Assembly (NCBI GenBank): GCA_965204535.1
Contig: CBDBEV010000001.1
Coordinates: forward strand, 1,120,001 to 1,184,000
Reading direction: 5' to 3'
DNA length: 64,000 nt
Origin: a bacterium
Lineage (GTDB): Bacteria > UBA8248
Shown: in pieces, positions 18,212-28,815 of the stretch
How the letters are laid out: each line of letters starts with the position of its first letter
Numbering within the stretch: position 1 is the stretch's first letter
Translations under genes and position numbers: made by a program
The notes under the pieces: model-generated
Database searches by the model: none
The model's input: the letters and a program-made list of their open reading frames with translations, nothing else
What the model was told of the DNA's origin: nothing

Positions 18212-18392
18212 GAGTCCTTTTGTTGTTTGATAACGTCGGATCGTAAAAAGCGACCTCCCCGACTACTCCGCCTTCCATCGCTGGAGGCTGGAGAGGACCC
18301 CCTGGGTCCTTGTCATCGGGGAGGAACCTTGAGAACGTGGCTCGGCAATATACTTCACCCGGTTAGCGGATTCTATAGACGGCGCGCATCCC

Positions 18393-18420
18393 GTAGGGGT
18401 CGTTCGCGAACGACCCCTGC
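18393..18420. repeat. GTAG-REP palindrome, identical to 17528-17555
   Basis: GTAGGGGTCGTTCGCGAACGACCCCTGC. Confidence 0.9.
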
Positions 18421-18548
18421 ATTCCAGACAGTGGTTTCACTCACCGACCTTGCCCCATACATGCGGATAAGCGATATTCCACGCTTTGAGTCAGAAGCCG
18501 GAGCGCGCGGGCGGCGGATAATCATTTCAGGAAAGGGAGAAAAAACGC

Positions 18549-19265
18549 ATGACGTATTTCTACAAGACGGACGAGATGGCGAAGAACCTCGCGGGCGCGG
18601 CCTACAGCTCGGCGGCGGGCGCGTGGGTGACGGGCGAGCGGCTCATATTCGGCAAGATGCGCATGCCGGCCGGGACGCGCTCGGAAGCGCACGCCCACGC
18701 GAACGAGCAGTTCGGCTATTGCCTGGCAGGCAGCTCTCGCCTGAACATCGAAGGCGATGTTCACGTATTGACGCCCGGCGACATTGCCTACCGGCCCGCG
18801 AACGCCGTGCACGCGGCCGAGATACTGGGCGATACGGACTACGAGTTCATCGTGGCGAAAGACACCGCGACGACGATTGAAGGCACGCCCACCGAGATGA
18901 AGCAGACGGCGGATCACGTTCCCTATTTCTACGACACCGAGGCGATGGAGAAGGGCCTGGCGGGCGAGGCCTACAGCCCCACCGAGGGCGTCTGGGTGAC
19001 GGGCGAGCGAATCATCTTCGGCAAGATGCGCATTCCCGCAGGAGCCAGGGCGGAGCCGCACTCCCACCCCAACGAGCAGTTCGCCATCGTCCTGTCGGGT
19101 GCTGCGCGCGCGACCATCGGGGGCGAGACGGCGACGGTCACCGCGGGCGACATCGTCCACATGCCGGCGGACGTCGTCCACTCGGTCGAAATCGTCGGCG
19201 ATGAGGACTACGTCTTCGTGACGGCCAAGGACACCTCCTGGGGCATTCAGGGGATTAAGGTGTGA
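18549..19265 (+). CDS. Bicupin (tandem duplicated cupin)
   Basis: Two near-identical halves with HAHANEQ...H and HSHPNEQ...H metal motifs. Confidence 0.85.
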   Translation: MTYFYKTDEMAKNLAGAAYSSAAGAWVTGERLIFGKMRMPAGTRSEAHAHANEQFGYCLAGSSRLNIEGDVHVLTPGDIAYRPANAVHAAEILGDTDYEFIVAKDTATTIEGTPTEMKQTADHVPYFYDTEAMEKGLAGEAYSPTEGVWVTGERIIFGKMRIPAGARAEPHSHPNEQFAIVLSGAARATIGGETATVTAGDIVHMPADVVHSVEIVGDEDYVFVTAKDTSWGIQGIKV

Positions 19266-19286
19266 GGGGATTACTTTCAGATGATT

Positions 19287-20432
19287 TTAGAGTTCGAGGT
19301 CTGATGGAATTTTGTATCGTCTTTTTACGGGCCATGGGTCATGAGTTATGCCATCATCTCGGATGTTTCCAAAGGCTGGCGATGTCATTGAACGTTGAAG
19401 GCGTTGAATAGCAGCATTGCGGATTCTGCTAGGCAGGGCTTCCCACCAATCAGGTTGTATATGGACGTTTTCACAATACTCGAAAAAGCATCGCAACAAC
19501 GCGGCCGTCACTGACTTATCGGGGATTTCATCCAAACTTTTTATGAATGCACGGCATGATTGGGCATTCTCGGATAGCCACGTGAATGCTACAACTCCAC
19601 ATTCTCCACCAAAAAAGGAGGTGAAGAAGAGCAGATCGGGGATTTCATCCCCCACCACACTTTGTAGTTTGACTCCCTTGAAATCTTGCTCAGGATAGAA
19701 TCCGCCACTACCCATAACTGGCGGTGGATATGCTAATTCTATGATATATGCTCGCACGGCATCGAAATTCTGTGTTTCGAGGATTTTATCAGATATTGAT
19801 TTGTAGTAGCTTAATTTGCGAAGTCCTGCTTCGATAGCCGGTAGGTACTCTTGATAAAATCCTTGAACCTTAAATTGTTCACTTAGTGGTTTTCCTTTAT
19901 CCGCATGATTTCGGGCTAATTCTGCCGAGTTCCTCTGTCCACGCTTGGCGTAGAGTTCTCTGGTTAGTGCCCGGTATCCGAGCAAGAAGCATTGCTCAGG
20001 TGTACCGCAGAATGCCTGTTTCTCTATTGGTGCAAAAATAGCGTCATCGTGATAGGAACAGAATCCTGTAAATGTTGAAGCCTTGTTGATCCCTAACGAC
20101 TCTGGTTTCAATTTCTCTTGGCTCTTTAGCCGTTTGTTTTCATCAAAGGGTCTTATACTTGGATTAAAAGAGTATACGTGTCCTTTGCGTGCGATTTGTT
20201 TAAGACTTCCAGATTTCGGTACGGTATGTGCTTCGACAATCTTGCCGCTACATTTGCTCTGCCGTGAGTCTGGTGCGAGGCATATCCCGTCACTAAACGC
20301 TTGTTTGTAGAGCTTAAGAGCTTCCCAAGGTTTTAGTGGCGGTTGATTCTCTCGATCAAGATGGCAGTGTTTATATTTCTTCCCAGATCCACACCAGCAT
20401 GGCTCGTTACGACCAATCTTTCCTCGTGACAC
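19287..20432 (-). CDS. SEC-C motif protein with Cys/His (HNH-like) region
   Basis: GRNEPCWCGSGKKYKHCH; C...C...AHT...FTGFCSYHD..IF; AT-richer than flanks; GTG start after GAGGA. Confidence 0.75.
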   Translation of the reverse strand: MSRGKIGRNEPCWCGSGKKYKHCHLDRENQPPLKPWEALKLYKQAFSDGICLAPDSRQSKCSGKIVEAHTVPKSGSLKQIARKGHVYSFNPSIRPFDENKRLKSQEKLKPESLGINKASTFTGFCSYHDDAIFAPIEKQAFCGTPEQCFLLGYRALTRELYAKRGQRNSAELARNHADKGKPLSEQFKVQGFYQEYLPAIEAGLRKLSYYKSISDKILETQNFDAVRAYIIELAYPPPVMGSGGFYPEQDFKGVKLQSVVGDEIPDLLFFTSFFGGECGVVAFTWLSENAQSCRAFIKSLDEIPDKSVTAALLRCFFEYCENVHIQPDWWEALPSRIRNAAIQRLQRSMTSPAFGNIRDDGITHDPWPVKRRYKIPSDLEL

Positions 20433-20433
20433 T

Positions 20434-20688
20434 TCATTCCTCTTGGTTCTTCTGGGCGAAGTCATAGTCCGTCTGGAGGCGGTACCATACATCCGCCCCT
20501 CCGCCGAAGGCTTTATCGAGGCGAATCGCCATCTCGGGCGAGATGCCCGAACGGGAGTTTACGAGGCTCGAGAGCTCCTTGCGGCTCACGCTCAGTTTTC
20601 GCGCGGCTTCTGTCACGCTTAAAGAGAGCGGCTCCAGGCAGTCATGCCGCACGGAAAGGCCGGGGTGGGGTAAATTCTTCATAGGCAT
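20434..20688 (-). CDS. higA: HigA-family addiction antidote HTH protein
   Basis: PHPG...[34 protein letters not shown]...W.RLQ..YD. Confidence 0.85.
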   Translation of the reverse strand: MPMKNLPHPGLSVRHDCLEPLSLSVTEAARKLSVSRKELSSLVNSRSGISPEMAIRLDKAFGGGADVWYRLQTDYDFAQKNQEE

Positions 20689-20803
20689 TTCTCTTATTTT
20701 CTCCTGTGACGGACCGAGATAATTATTTCGGCGTTGACTTTACCACGTAACCGAATTTTTCATATATTCACTACAAAGGATTGGGACTTACCCGGTCGAC
20801 AAG

Positions 20804-20836
20804 AGGCCCCTGAAGCGTTCGGGGGCTTTTTGTTTT
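20804..20836. terminator. Hairpin/intrinsic terminator at the 3' end of pdxH
   Basis: GGCCCCTGAA GCG TTCGGGGGC followed by T-run on + strand. Confidence 0.5.
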
Positions 20837-21496
20837 CTACGGCCCCAGCCGTTCCACGCGCCAATCACCACTATCCTCCAGCGTATATCGCACGCGGTCG
20901 TGGAGGCGGCTGTCGCGGTGCTGCCAGAATTCAACGCAATGCGGCTTCAGGACGTAGCCGCCCCAGTGGGGGGGGCGCGGAACCTCTTGCCCCAAGTATT
21001 CTTGTTCCAGGGCGCGTTCTTGCTCTTCGAGCCAGGCGCGGGAGGGGACTACGCGGCTTTGGGGCGACGCCCACGCGCCGATTTGGCTTGCGCGCGGGCG
21101 GGTGGCGAAATAGGCGTCTGAGATATTTTCGGGCAGCTTTTCCACGACGCCCTCTACGCGCACCTGCCGGGCGGGGGGTTTCCAGTGGAAGACGAGGGCG
21201 GCCCTCGCGTCGCGCGCAAGCTGCTCGGCCTTGTCGCTCTCGTAGTTCGTGAAGAAGGGGAAGTCCGGCTCCGCGTAGCCCAAGTCTGCGAGGTCCTTAT
21301 ACAGCACGATGCGGGCGGCGGGCGCGCCGTCCGGCCCCACCGTGGCGAGCGTCATCGCGTCCTCGCGCGGGATGCCCGCGCTTCTCGCCTGCGCGTACCA
21401 GCGGCGGAACTGTTCGATGGGATCGCTATCAACGCTTGTGACGTCGAGGGCTTCCGCCGCCATCTGCTGAATTAAATTCTCATCCATTTCATTCAT
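20837..21496 (-). CDS. pdxH: Pyridoxine/pyridoxamine 5'-phosphate oxidase
   Basis: AMTLAT, RIVL.K, FFTNYES.K, RQVRVEG, SQIGAWASPQS, PPHWGG, EFWQ...RLHDR. Confidence 0.95.
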   Translation of the reverse strand: MNEMDENLIQQMAAEALDVTSVDSDPIEQFRRWYAQARSAGIPREDAMTLATVGPDGAPAARIVLYKDLADLGYAEPDFPFFTNYESDKAEQLARDARAALVFHWKPPARQVRVEGVVEKLPENISDAYFATRPRASQIGAWASPQSRVVPSRAWLEEQERALEQEYLGQEVPRPPHWGGYVLKPHCVEFWQHRDSRLHDRVRYTLEDSGDWRVERLGP

Positions 21497-21621
21497 CGCT
21501 CATTGCTCAGTCAGGCGGCGGATTCGGGGGTGTGGAAGAAGTCCTGATTTCGTGATTCCACGTATGGAACCGATTATGGAGGGATGAAACTTTACTCTTC
21601 CCTTGCAGAGTGTCAACCAAC

Positions 21622-21840
21622 CACTCCCCTCTTGAGGGGGAGTCGAAGAGCTGAGGGCGTAAGCCCGAAAGCGATTCGGTGGGGGTATAATTCGGGATGA
21701 CAAGAAAACTCATTTCCCCCCACCGATTCAGCCTTCGCACAAACCGCTCGGTTTCATCGACTCCCCCTCAAGGGGGGAGTGAACTTCAAAAACGTGCGCA
21801 AAACTCAAATTCGCTTCCCGTAAACTTTTTCAACAACCCT
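21622..21840. repeat. REP unit copy 2 plus IS1182-type MITE right arm
   Basis: Same ~160 bp unit as 7147; ends TTTTTCAACAACCCT. Confidence 0.85.
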
Positions 21841-21854
21841 ATTCAGAGCCGCTA

Positions 21855-22322
21855 CTATTTCCCCGCCACGCCGACCTGCACGATGCGGGCCTTGTCCACG
21901 CCCGCGACGCCCACGTACTTGAAGGGTTTGCCGTCCAGTACGCGCGCCTGAAATCCCTGGACGACCACCTTCTTGGCCCCGCTCAAGAGCGCGGCGAAAG
22001 GAGCGGCCTGCGACTTGGCGTTCACGTTGGTCGGGAACTTGAAGCTCATTCCCGGAATGTTGGTGAACTCGACCCGGCCCTTCTCGTCGCTGACCCAGAA
22101 CTCCGATATAGCGGAATTGTTCGCCACCTTCGTGAGGACGGCGTTGATTTCGGCTTTGCTCATGCCCGCCTTGACGGCCGCGGCGATGAAGTGCGCCGTC
22201 AGGGTCGCTTCGGCGACCATGTGCTTCGAGACGGCATCGTCCATCGCGCGGGCGCTCTTCACCCCGACGCTTAAGGTGATGCAAACTCCGAGGATGAGGG
22301 CGGCGATCAGGGTCTTTTTCAT
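21855..22322 (-). CDS. Secreted hypothetical protein, stand-alone Cache/PAS-like sensor domain
   Basis: GGAGG SD; signal peptide MKKTLIAALILG...; SEFWVSDEKG, SQAAPF..LL, FKYVGVAGVDKARIVQVG. Confidence 0.65.
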   Translation of the reverse strand: MKKTLIAALILGVCITLSVGVKSARAMDDAVSKHMVAEATLTAHFIAAAVKAGMSKAEINAVLTKVANNSAISEFWVSDEKGRVEFTNIPGMSFKFPTNVNAKSQAAPFAALLSGAKKVVVQGFQARVLDGKPFKYVGVAGVDKARIVQVGVAGK

Positions 22323-22396
22323 CGGGTTTCCTCCGGGTTTTGGATAGAGCGCAAGATTCGGCGAGATGATACTAGGCGCGCAAACGCGCACGCAAG

Positions 22397-22663
22397 AGGG
22401 TTGTTGAAAAGCCCTCCTGAGGAGGGGAGGATTCGGTAGGGGTCGCATACATGCGACCCGGCCTTTTCTTCCGAGCATGGGACATATGTATGCGTCCCCT
22501 ACACACCCCCTCGAATAACGACTGTAGGGGCGTCGAACTTCCCGAAGAGGGGAGTTCGACCGTGCCCGCCCTTCCATCGTATTCACTCCGACATCGGACA
22601 GGCACGGGGGCCTGTCCCTACGAACCCCTCACCCCTTATTAAAGGGGCTTTTTCAACGACCGC
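22397..22663. mobile_element. IS1182-ended MITE with GTAG-REP cargo
   Basis: AGGGTTGTTGAAAAGCCC...GGGCTTTTTCAACGACCGC; flanked by GCAAG direct repeats; four internal REP hairpins. Confidence 0.75.
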
Positions 22664-22696
22664 GCAAGTGAGCGAATCCGCGCCGCAGCTTCGCGC

Positions 22697-23404
22697 TCAG
22701 GCGTCTTTTTTCACCGCCTGTACGTCGTTCTGCGCGGGGTCGCTGGGGTGGACCCTGTCGGGCATGATGTAGGGGGCCTGGATCTCGAAGATGTCCTGCG
22801 TGCGGCAGTACCGGGGGCCGCCCAGCCTGCCCACGGGCTGGAGCTTCGCCGGGTCGATGTAGATCTTCTCCCCATCGATGAGCAGCATATCCTCGCGTAC
22901 GTGCCAGCGCAGCACCTCCCCGATGATCAAGTGCGTCACCCATTCGTCTCCGAAGGGAATCATGCGCTCGAAGCGGCACTCCATCGCCACCGGGGCGTCC
23001 TTGATGCGGGGCGCATCCACGAGGTCCGAAGGGGCCATCTCCAGACCCGCCGCCTCGAACTCGCTTTCATCGGGTGCGAAGTTTCCCGAGGAGGCGTTCA
23101 TGGCCTCCTCCCAGCCGTTCACCACCGTGTGGATGACGTAGCCCTTGGTGTCCAGAATGTTGCGCGCGGTGTCCTTGGGCCTCATCTCGCCCTCGCTGAT
23201 GGATATCCGCTCGCCGACGGAGATCGACGCCATCGGCGGATGGTGCGACACCATGGTGAAGAAGCTGAAGGGCGCCAGGTTCGCCACGCCGTCCGCGCTC
23301 ATCGTGCTCACCCAGGCGATGGGCCGGGGGACGACCGATCCGATGAGCAGGCGGTAGATCTGCTGGGGATTGATCTCTGAGGTGTTGAAGACGCGGTAAT
23401 TCAT
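22697..23404 (-). CDS. Flavin reductase family protein
   Basis: GSVVPRPIAWVST, NLAPFSFF, KDTARNI, MECR, GRLGG..Y. Confidence 0.9.
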   Translation of the reverse strand: MNYRVFNTSEINPQQIYRLLIGSVVPRPIAWVSTMSADGVANLAPFSFFTMVSHHPPMASISVGERISISEGEMRPKDTARNILDTKGYVIHTVVNGWEEAMNASSGNFAPDESEFEAAGLEMAPSDLVDAPRIKDAPVAMECRFERMIPFGDEWVTHLIIGEVLRWHVREDMLLIDGEKIYIDPAKLQPVGRLGGPRYCRTQDIFEIQAPYIMPDRVHPSDPAQNDVQAVKKDA

Positions 23405-23441
23405 CGTGTGTCCCTCATGTCGTAAGGGGAAAGGGCGCGGC

Positions 23442-24548
23442 TCAGTTCCAGGCGGCCGTCTGCGGTTCTAGCCGCGCGGGGTTCGTGTCCGCGAGGAGCG
23501 GCATCACCTCACGCCCGAAAATCTCGGCTTCTTCCAGATGCGGCCAGCCGGAGAGGATGAAGTTGCGGACGCCCAGGTCGACATATTCCCTGAGCGCAGA
23601 AGCCAGCATTTCCGGCGTGCCGACCAGCATCGCCGCCGCGCCCGAGCGCACCTTGTTCACGCCCATCCAGAGGGTATCCGTGAGCCAGGGGGAGCCGCCC
23701 TCATACAACTCGTTCATGCGGCGCTGGCCCTCGCTCTCGGAGCGATTCCGCTGGTCGGCCCACATCCGCGTGTTCTCGAGCGCGCTGTCTTCTAACAGCG
23801 CCTCCGCCGCGCGTCGGGCTTCCTTCTTGCTCTCGCGGCACATCACGTGGAGCCTCAAGCCGAAGCGCAGGTCGTCGCGCCCGATTTCCTGAGCGCGGCG
23901 GCGCATGTCGGCGGCGTCTTGGGCGACCTGCTCGGGCGCCACCGCCCACATCATGTGCACGTCGGCGTGCTTGGCCCCCACGCGGCGGCCGGCGTCCGAG
24001 CTTCCGCCCAGGAATATCGTGGGGTGCGGTTTCGATACGGCCCTGGCGTAGAGGGTGGCGTTTTCGATCCGGTAGTACTCGCCCGAATAACTCACCGGTT
24101 CATCGCTCGTCCAGAGCGCCTTCACGACGTCGAGAAACTCCTCCGTTCGCGCGTATCGCTCCGCGTGGTCGAGGTGATCGCCGTATCGTTTCTGATCCAC
24201 AGGCGTCGAGCCCGTCACCACGTTCACGGTGAGCCGCCCGCCCGTCACGGCGTCGTAGGTGTTCGCCTGCTGGGCGGTGAGGACGGGACTGGCGAGTCCG
24301 GGGCGGAAGGCCACGCAGAACTTGATGCGTTCTGTACGCTGCGCGACGGCCAGGGTGATCATCCAGGCGTCCAGGCAGTGCGTGCCCGTCGGCACGAGGA
24401 GGTTCACGAAGCCCGCCCCTTCCGCCGCGCGCGCGACTTGCGCGATGTATTCCACCGTCGGGGGACGCTCGGGCGTCTTGGCGTTGATGGTGTGGCCGTC
24501 GCCGTATCTTCCCGTCGGCAGAAACCATGCGTATTCGGTGGAGTTCAC
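23442..24548 (-). CDS. LLM-class flavin-dependent monooxygenase (SsuD-like)
   Basis: WFLPT..DG, LVPTG..C.DAW, AFRPG, GRL..NVVTG, GGSS.AG, FILSGWPHLEEA. Confidence 0.9.
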   Translation of the reverse strand: MNSTEYAWFLPTGRYGDGHTINAKTPERPPTVEYIAQVARAAEGAGFVNLLVPTGTHCLDAWMITLAVAQRTERIKFCVAFRPGLASPVLTAQQANTYDAVTGGRLTVNVVTGSTPVDQKRYGDHLDHAERYARTEEFLDVVKALWTSDEPVSYSGEYYRIENATLYARAVSKPHPTIFLGGSSDAGRRVGAKHADVHMMWAVAPEQVAQDAADMRRRAQEIGRDDLRFGLRLHVMCRESKKEARRAAEALLEDSALENTRMWADQRNRSESEGQRRMNELYEGGSPWLTDTLWMGVNKVRSGAAAMLVGTPEMLASALREYVDLGVRNFILSGWPHLEEAEIFGREVMPLLADTNPARLEPQTAAWN

Positions 24549-24596
24549 GTTCGCTCATCCTTCGCGATGCGGATAGAAAAGGGCGGCCTGCCGCAT

Positions 24597-24894
24597 GGGG
24601 TTGTTGAAGAAGTCCTTACGGATCGAGCCAAACCATTCTCCCCTTGTAGAACCCCCAACAACCACTCCCCCCTTGAGGGGGAGTCGCGGAAACCAAGCCC
24701 TTGGGCGAAGGTTGACGCGGTGGGGGGACACGCCACAGAAAATGCTCCCCCCACCGATTCAGTTCTCGCATAAAACGCTCGGCTTCATCGTCTGGCTTTC
24801 CCCTCGGGAAGCCAGACCCTCAAGGGGGGAGTGAATCTTGCTCTTTCATCGGGTGAGCCAAACCCTCGTTCATCAGGGGTTTTTCAACAACCCC
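24597..24894. mobile_element. IS1182-ended MITE with variant REP unit, inserted into a terminator loop
   Basis: GGGGTTGTTGAAGAAGTCC...GGGGTTTTTCAACAACCCC; GCAT duplicated either side; flanking GGGCGGCC/GGCCGCCC stem. Confidence 0.8.
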
Positions 24895-24966
24895 GCATGG
24901 GCCGCCCGTATATCCAGAAAACCTCTTGCTCATCCCCAAAAAGGGAAGTTTCTTTCGGCTCTTCGA

Positions 24967-25617
24967 CTAGGCGGAAGCCGCCGCCCCGGCCTTCTGCTCG
25001 GCCAGCAACTCGTCGAGCAACTCCTCGACGCGCGCCGCTTCCATCCAGTCGGACTTGTAGGCGATCCTGCCTTCCTTATCCACGATGAACGTCATGTTCG
25101 GCATGCGGCCGAAGGCGTGCACGACGCTCTCGTCCAGGTCGTCGATGAGCACGGGCACCTTCATCCCGAACTCCTCCACCATCTCCTGCGCGTATTGTTT
25201 CTTGTGTTCATACGTGGTGTGCTGCGCGTACTTCTTGAAGTGGCTCGTCTCGCCCGCGTGGGGTTCCTTGGAGTAGACGACGAAGAAGACCACGTCCTCA
25301 TCCTTGTACTTCTCCTGCAAATCCTCGACGCCGGCCACCTGCCGGCGGTAGGGGGGTCACGTGATGGCCCCGAACTCGACCACGATGTTCTTCTTGCCGA
25401 AGAAATCGGAGAGGTCGAACGCGACGTCGTCGGTGGTCTTGAGGCGGACGTCCGGCATCGGCTCGCCCGGTTTCAGGGTGTCGCGGAACGCCTCCTTGCG
25501 CTGCTTGCGGTAGCCCATGAGCATCCGCTTCGCGAACTGAAACTTGTCGATGTAGAACGCGCTCCATAGCCCGAACAGCGGCCCCGGCGGCCTGTCGAAT
25601 TCGTCCGATACTCGCAT
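24967..25617 (-). CDS. Deiodinase-like thioredoxin-fold selenoprotein (Sec at UGA 25359-25357)
   Basis: Two track ORFs (25357-25722, 24967-25338) join in frame: VVEFGAIT-TGA-PPYRRQ...FFVVYSKEPHAG...LIDDLD...PN.TFIVD..GRI.YK; resembles deiodinase FGSxTUPP, Y..EAH; hairpin right after UGA. Confidence 0.85.
25329..25356 (-). promoter_or_regulatory. Putative bacterial SECIS element
   Basis: UGA CCCCCCUAC CGCCGGC-AGGUG-GCCGGCG: 7-bp stem, G-containing loop 16 nt after UGA. Confidence 0.65.
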
Positions 25618-25867
25618 AATCGCTCCAAATATGAGGGTGAAAAGACGCCGCCCCATTAAAGACGAACGGGGCGTGGAGTGCAAGGGGAGGGGGTCTCGAT
25701 ACCCCCACTCCTCCATGGACAAAACGAAAGCCTTGTTTTACCTTCACCTGAGAACAAAACCGGATTGTAAAGTCTGCGCTTGGTCCATCTCCTGGAAAAC
25801 TCGTTCAATTTCGTGTATATTTCGTTACACGTAGGTGGCGTAACTGCTCCCCCCGAAGGAAATCCGC

Positions 25868-26404
25868 ATGACAATCCGCTTCGAGATGAACGAAGACAAG
25901 GCTATCGAGGTTTTGACCTGGCTGGCGAACGAACAGCCGGGGATCGCTGCGTTTCACGTCTCGAAGGTTCTCTATTATGCGGACAAGGAACACTTGAACC
26001 GCTACGGCAGGCCTGTAGTCGGGGACACGTATATCCGAATGGAATTCGGCCCCGTGCCTTCGAAAACATACGATCTGATCAAGAAAGAGAATTTAGGGCA
26101 AAGCGTCCTCAAGAGATTCAGGGAAGCCGTCGATGTTCGGGGCGGTTTTCGGCACTTGCATCCGCTCAGAGAGCCGAACATGGAGATGCTCTCGCGGACG
26201 GATGTCGAATGCCTCGCGAATGCGCTCCAAAAATACGGAACCCGCGATTTCGGGGTTCTGAGCAGGATTTCACATCGTGAGACTGCATGGGCGAACGCGC
26301 CGGAAAACGGTCCGATGGACTATGAGCACATGATTGAACAAGGCCCGAACCAGGAAGAGATCATACAAAACCTCAAAGAGCATTCGCACCAAATCGCATT
26401 TTAG
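25868..26404 (+). CDS. Panacea (DUF4065/SocA-like) antitoxin
   Basis: KVLYYADKEHL..YGRPVVGDTY..MEFGPVPS, SH.E.AW. Confidence 0.85.
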   Translation: MTIRFEMNEDKAIEVLTWLANEQPGIAAFHVSKVLYYADKEHLNRYGRPVVGDTYIRMEFGPVPSKTYDLIKKENLGQSVLKRFREAVDVRGGFRHLHPLREPNMEMLSRTDVECLANALQKYGTRDFGVLSRISHRETAWANAPENGPMDYEHMIEQGPNQEEIIQNLKEHSHQIAF

Positions 26405-26407
26405 GGG

Positions 26408-26893
26408 ATGCGCTCCGGCGACGTTTTTCATTACCACAGCCGCATTACCAGACCGCCGAAAGACAAGTTCATCATCTGTGTTTGCCCCGAAGAACTTCTG
26501 TTCTTTTTCATAAACTCCAACCCGCCCGTACCGGATGGGGCGGGGGTCGAAATCACACCATCCGATCTTCCCTGTCTGACCCATGTATCTTATGTCGATA
26601 CGTCGATGATGATCATGGTGTATCCCGACGAACTGGAAGAGACATCGGCAAGAGGCGAGATATCATTGTCCATGCGTGAAAAGGTTGCGGCGTGCGCCCG
26701 AAGCCACGGAATTCTCCCAGGGAGATTCTTGGGGATACTGGAGAGGAATTTCCTTGCATATTTTTCTATCCAACCCCCGTGGGCAAGGTTGGATGTAATT
26801 TGCTTCCTCCCCCCCCCAAATTCACGCCGCCCTGTGAATCTGATATGCTCGGACCGTGCGCCTCGCAAGCCTTGCGCGGCGCCTGCCGAATAA
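26408..26893 (+). CDS. Putative cognate toxin of Panacea antitoxin (PemK/MazF-like fold?)
   Basis: 3 nt after antitoxin; GDVF...PPKDKFIICV...FFINS...CL.H.SYVD; C-terminal ~45 aa may be read-through. Confidence 0.55.
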   Translation: MRSGDVFHYHSRITRPPKDKFIICVCPEELLFFFINSNPPVPDGAGVEITPSDLPCLTHVSYVDTSMMIMVYPDELEETSARGEISLSMREKVAACARSHGILPGRFLGILERNFLAYFSIQPPWARLDVICFLPPPNSRRPVNLICSDRAPRKPCAAPAE

Positions 26894-26929
26894 ACAAGCC
26901 TGCCGCTATGCTCCCCCAAGGAGGGGACG

Positions 26930-28756
<1,827 letters not shown>

Positions 28757-28815
28757 TGTTGAAATAATGTTGATTTCGAGATGTAGTGTATGAAACCAAC
28801 CGGGGAGGAGGGTCT

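Noticed and set aside
24967-25722. Two separate small ORFs or a nonsense pseudogene
   Set aside because: The stop is TGA exactly at the deiodinase Sec position, with in-frame continuation and a SECIS-like hairpin
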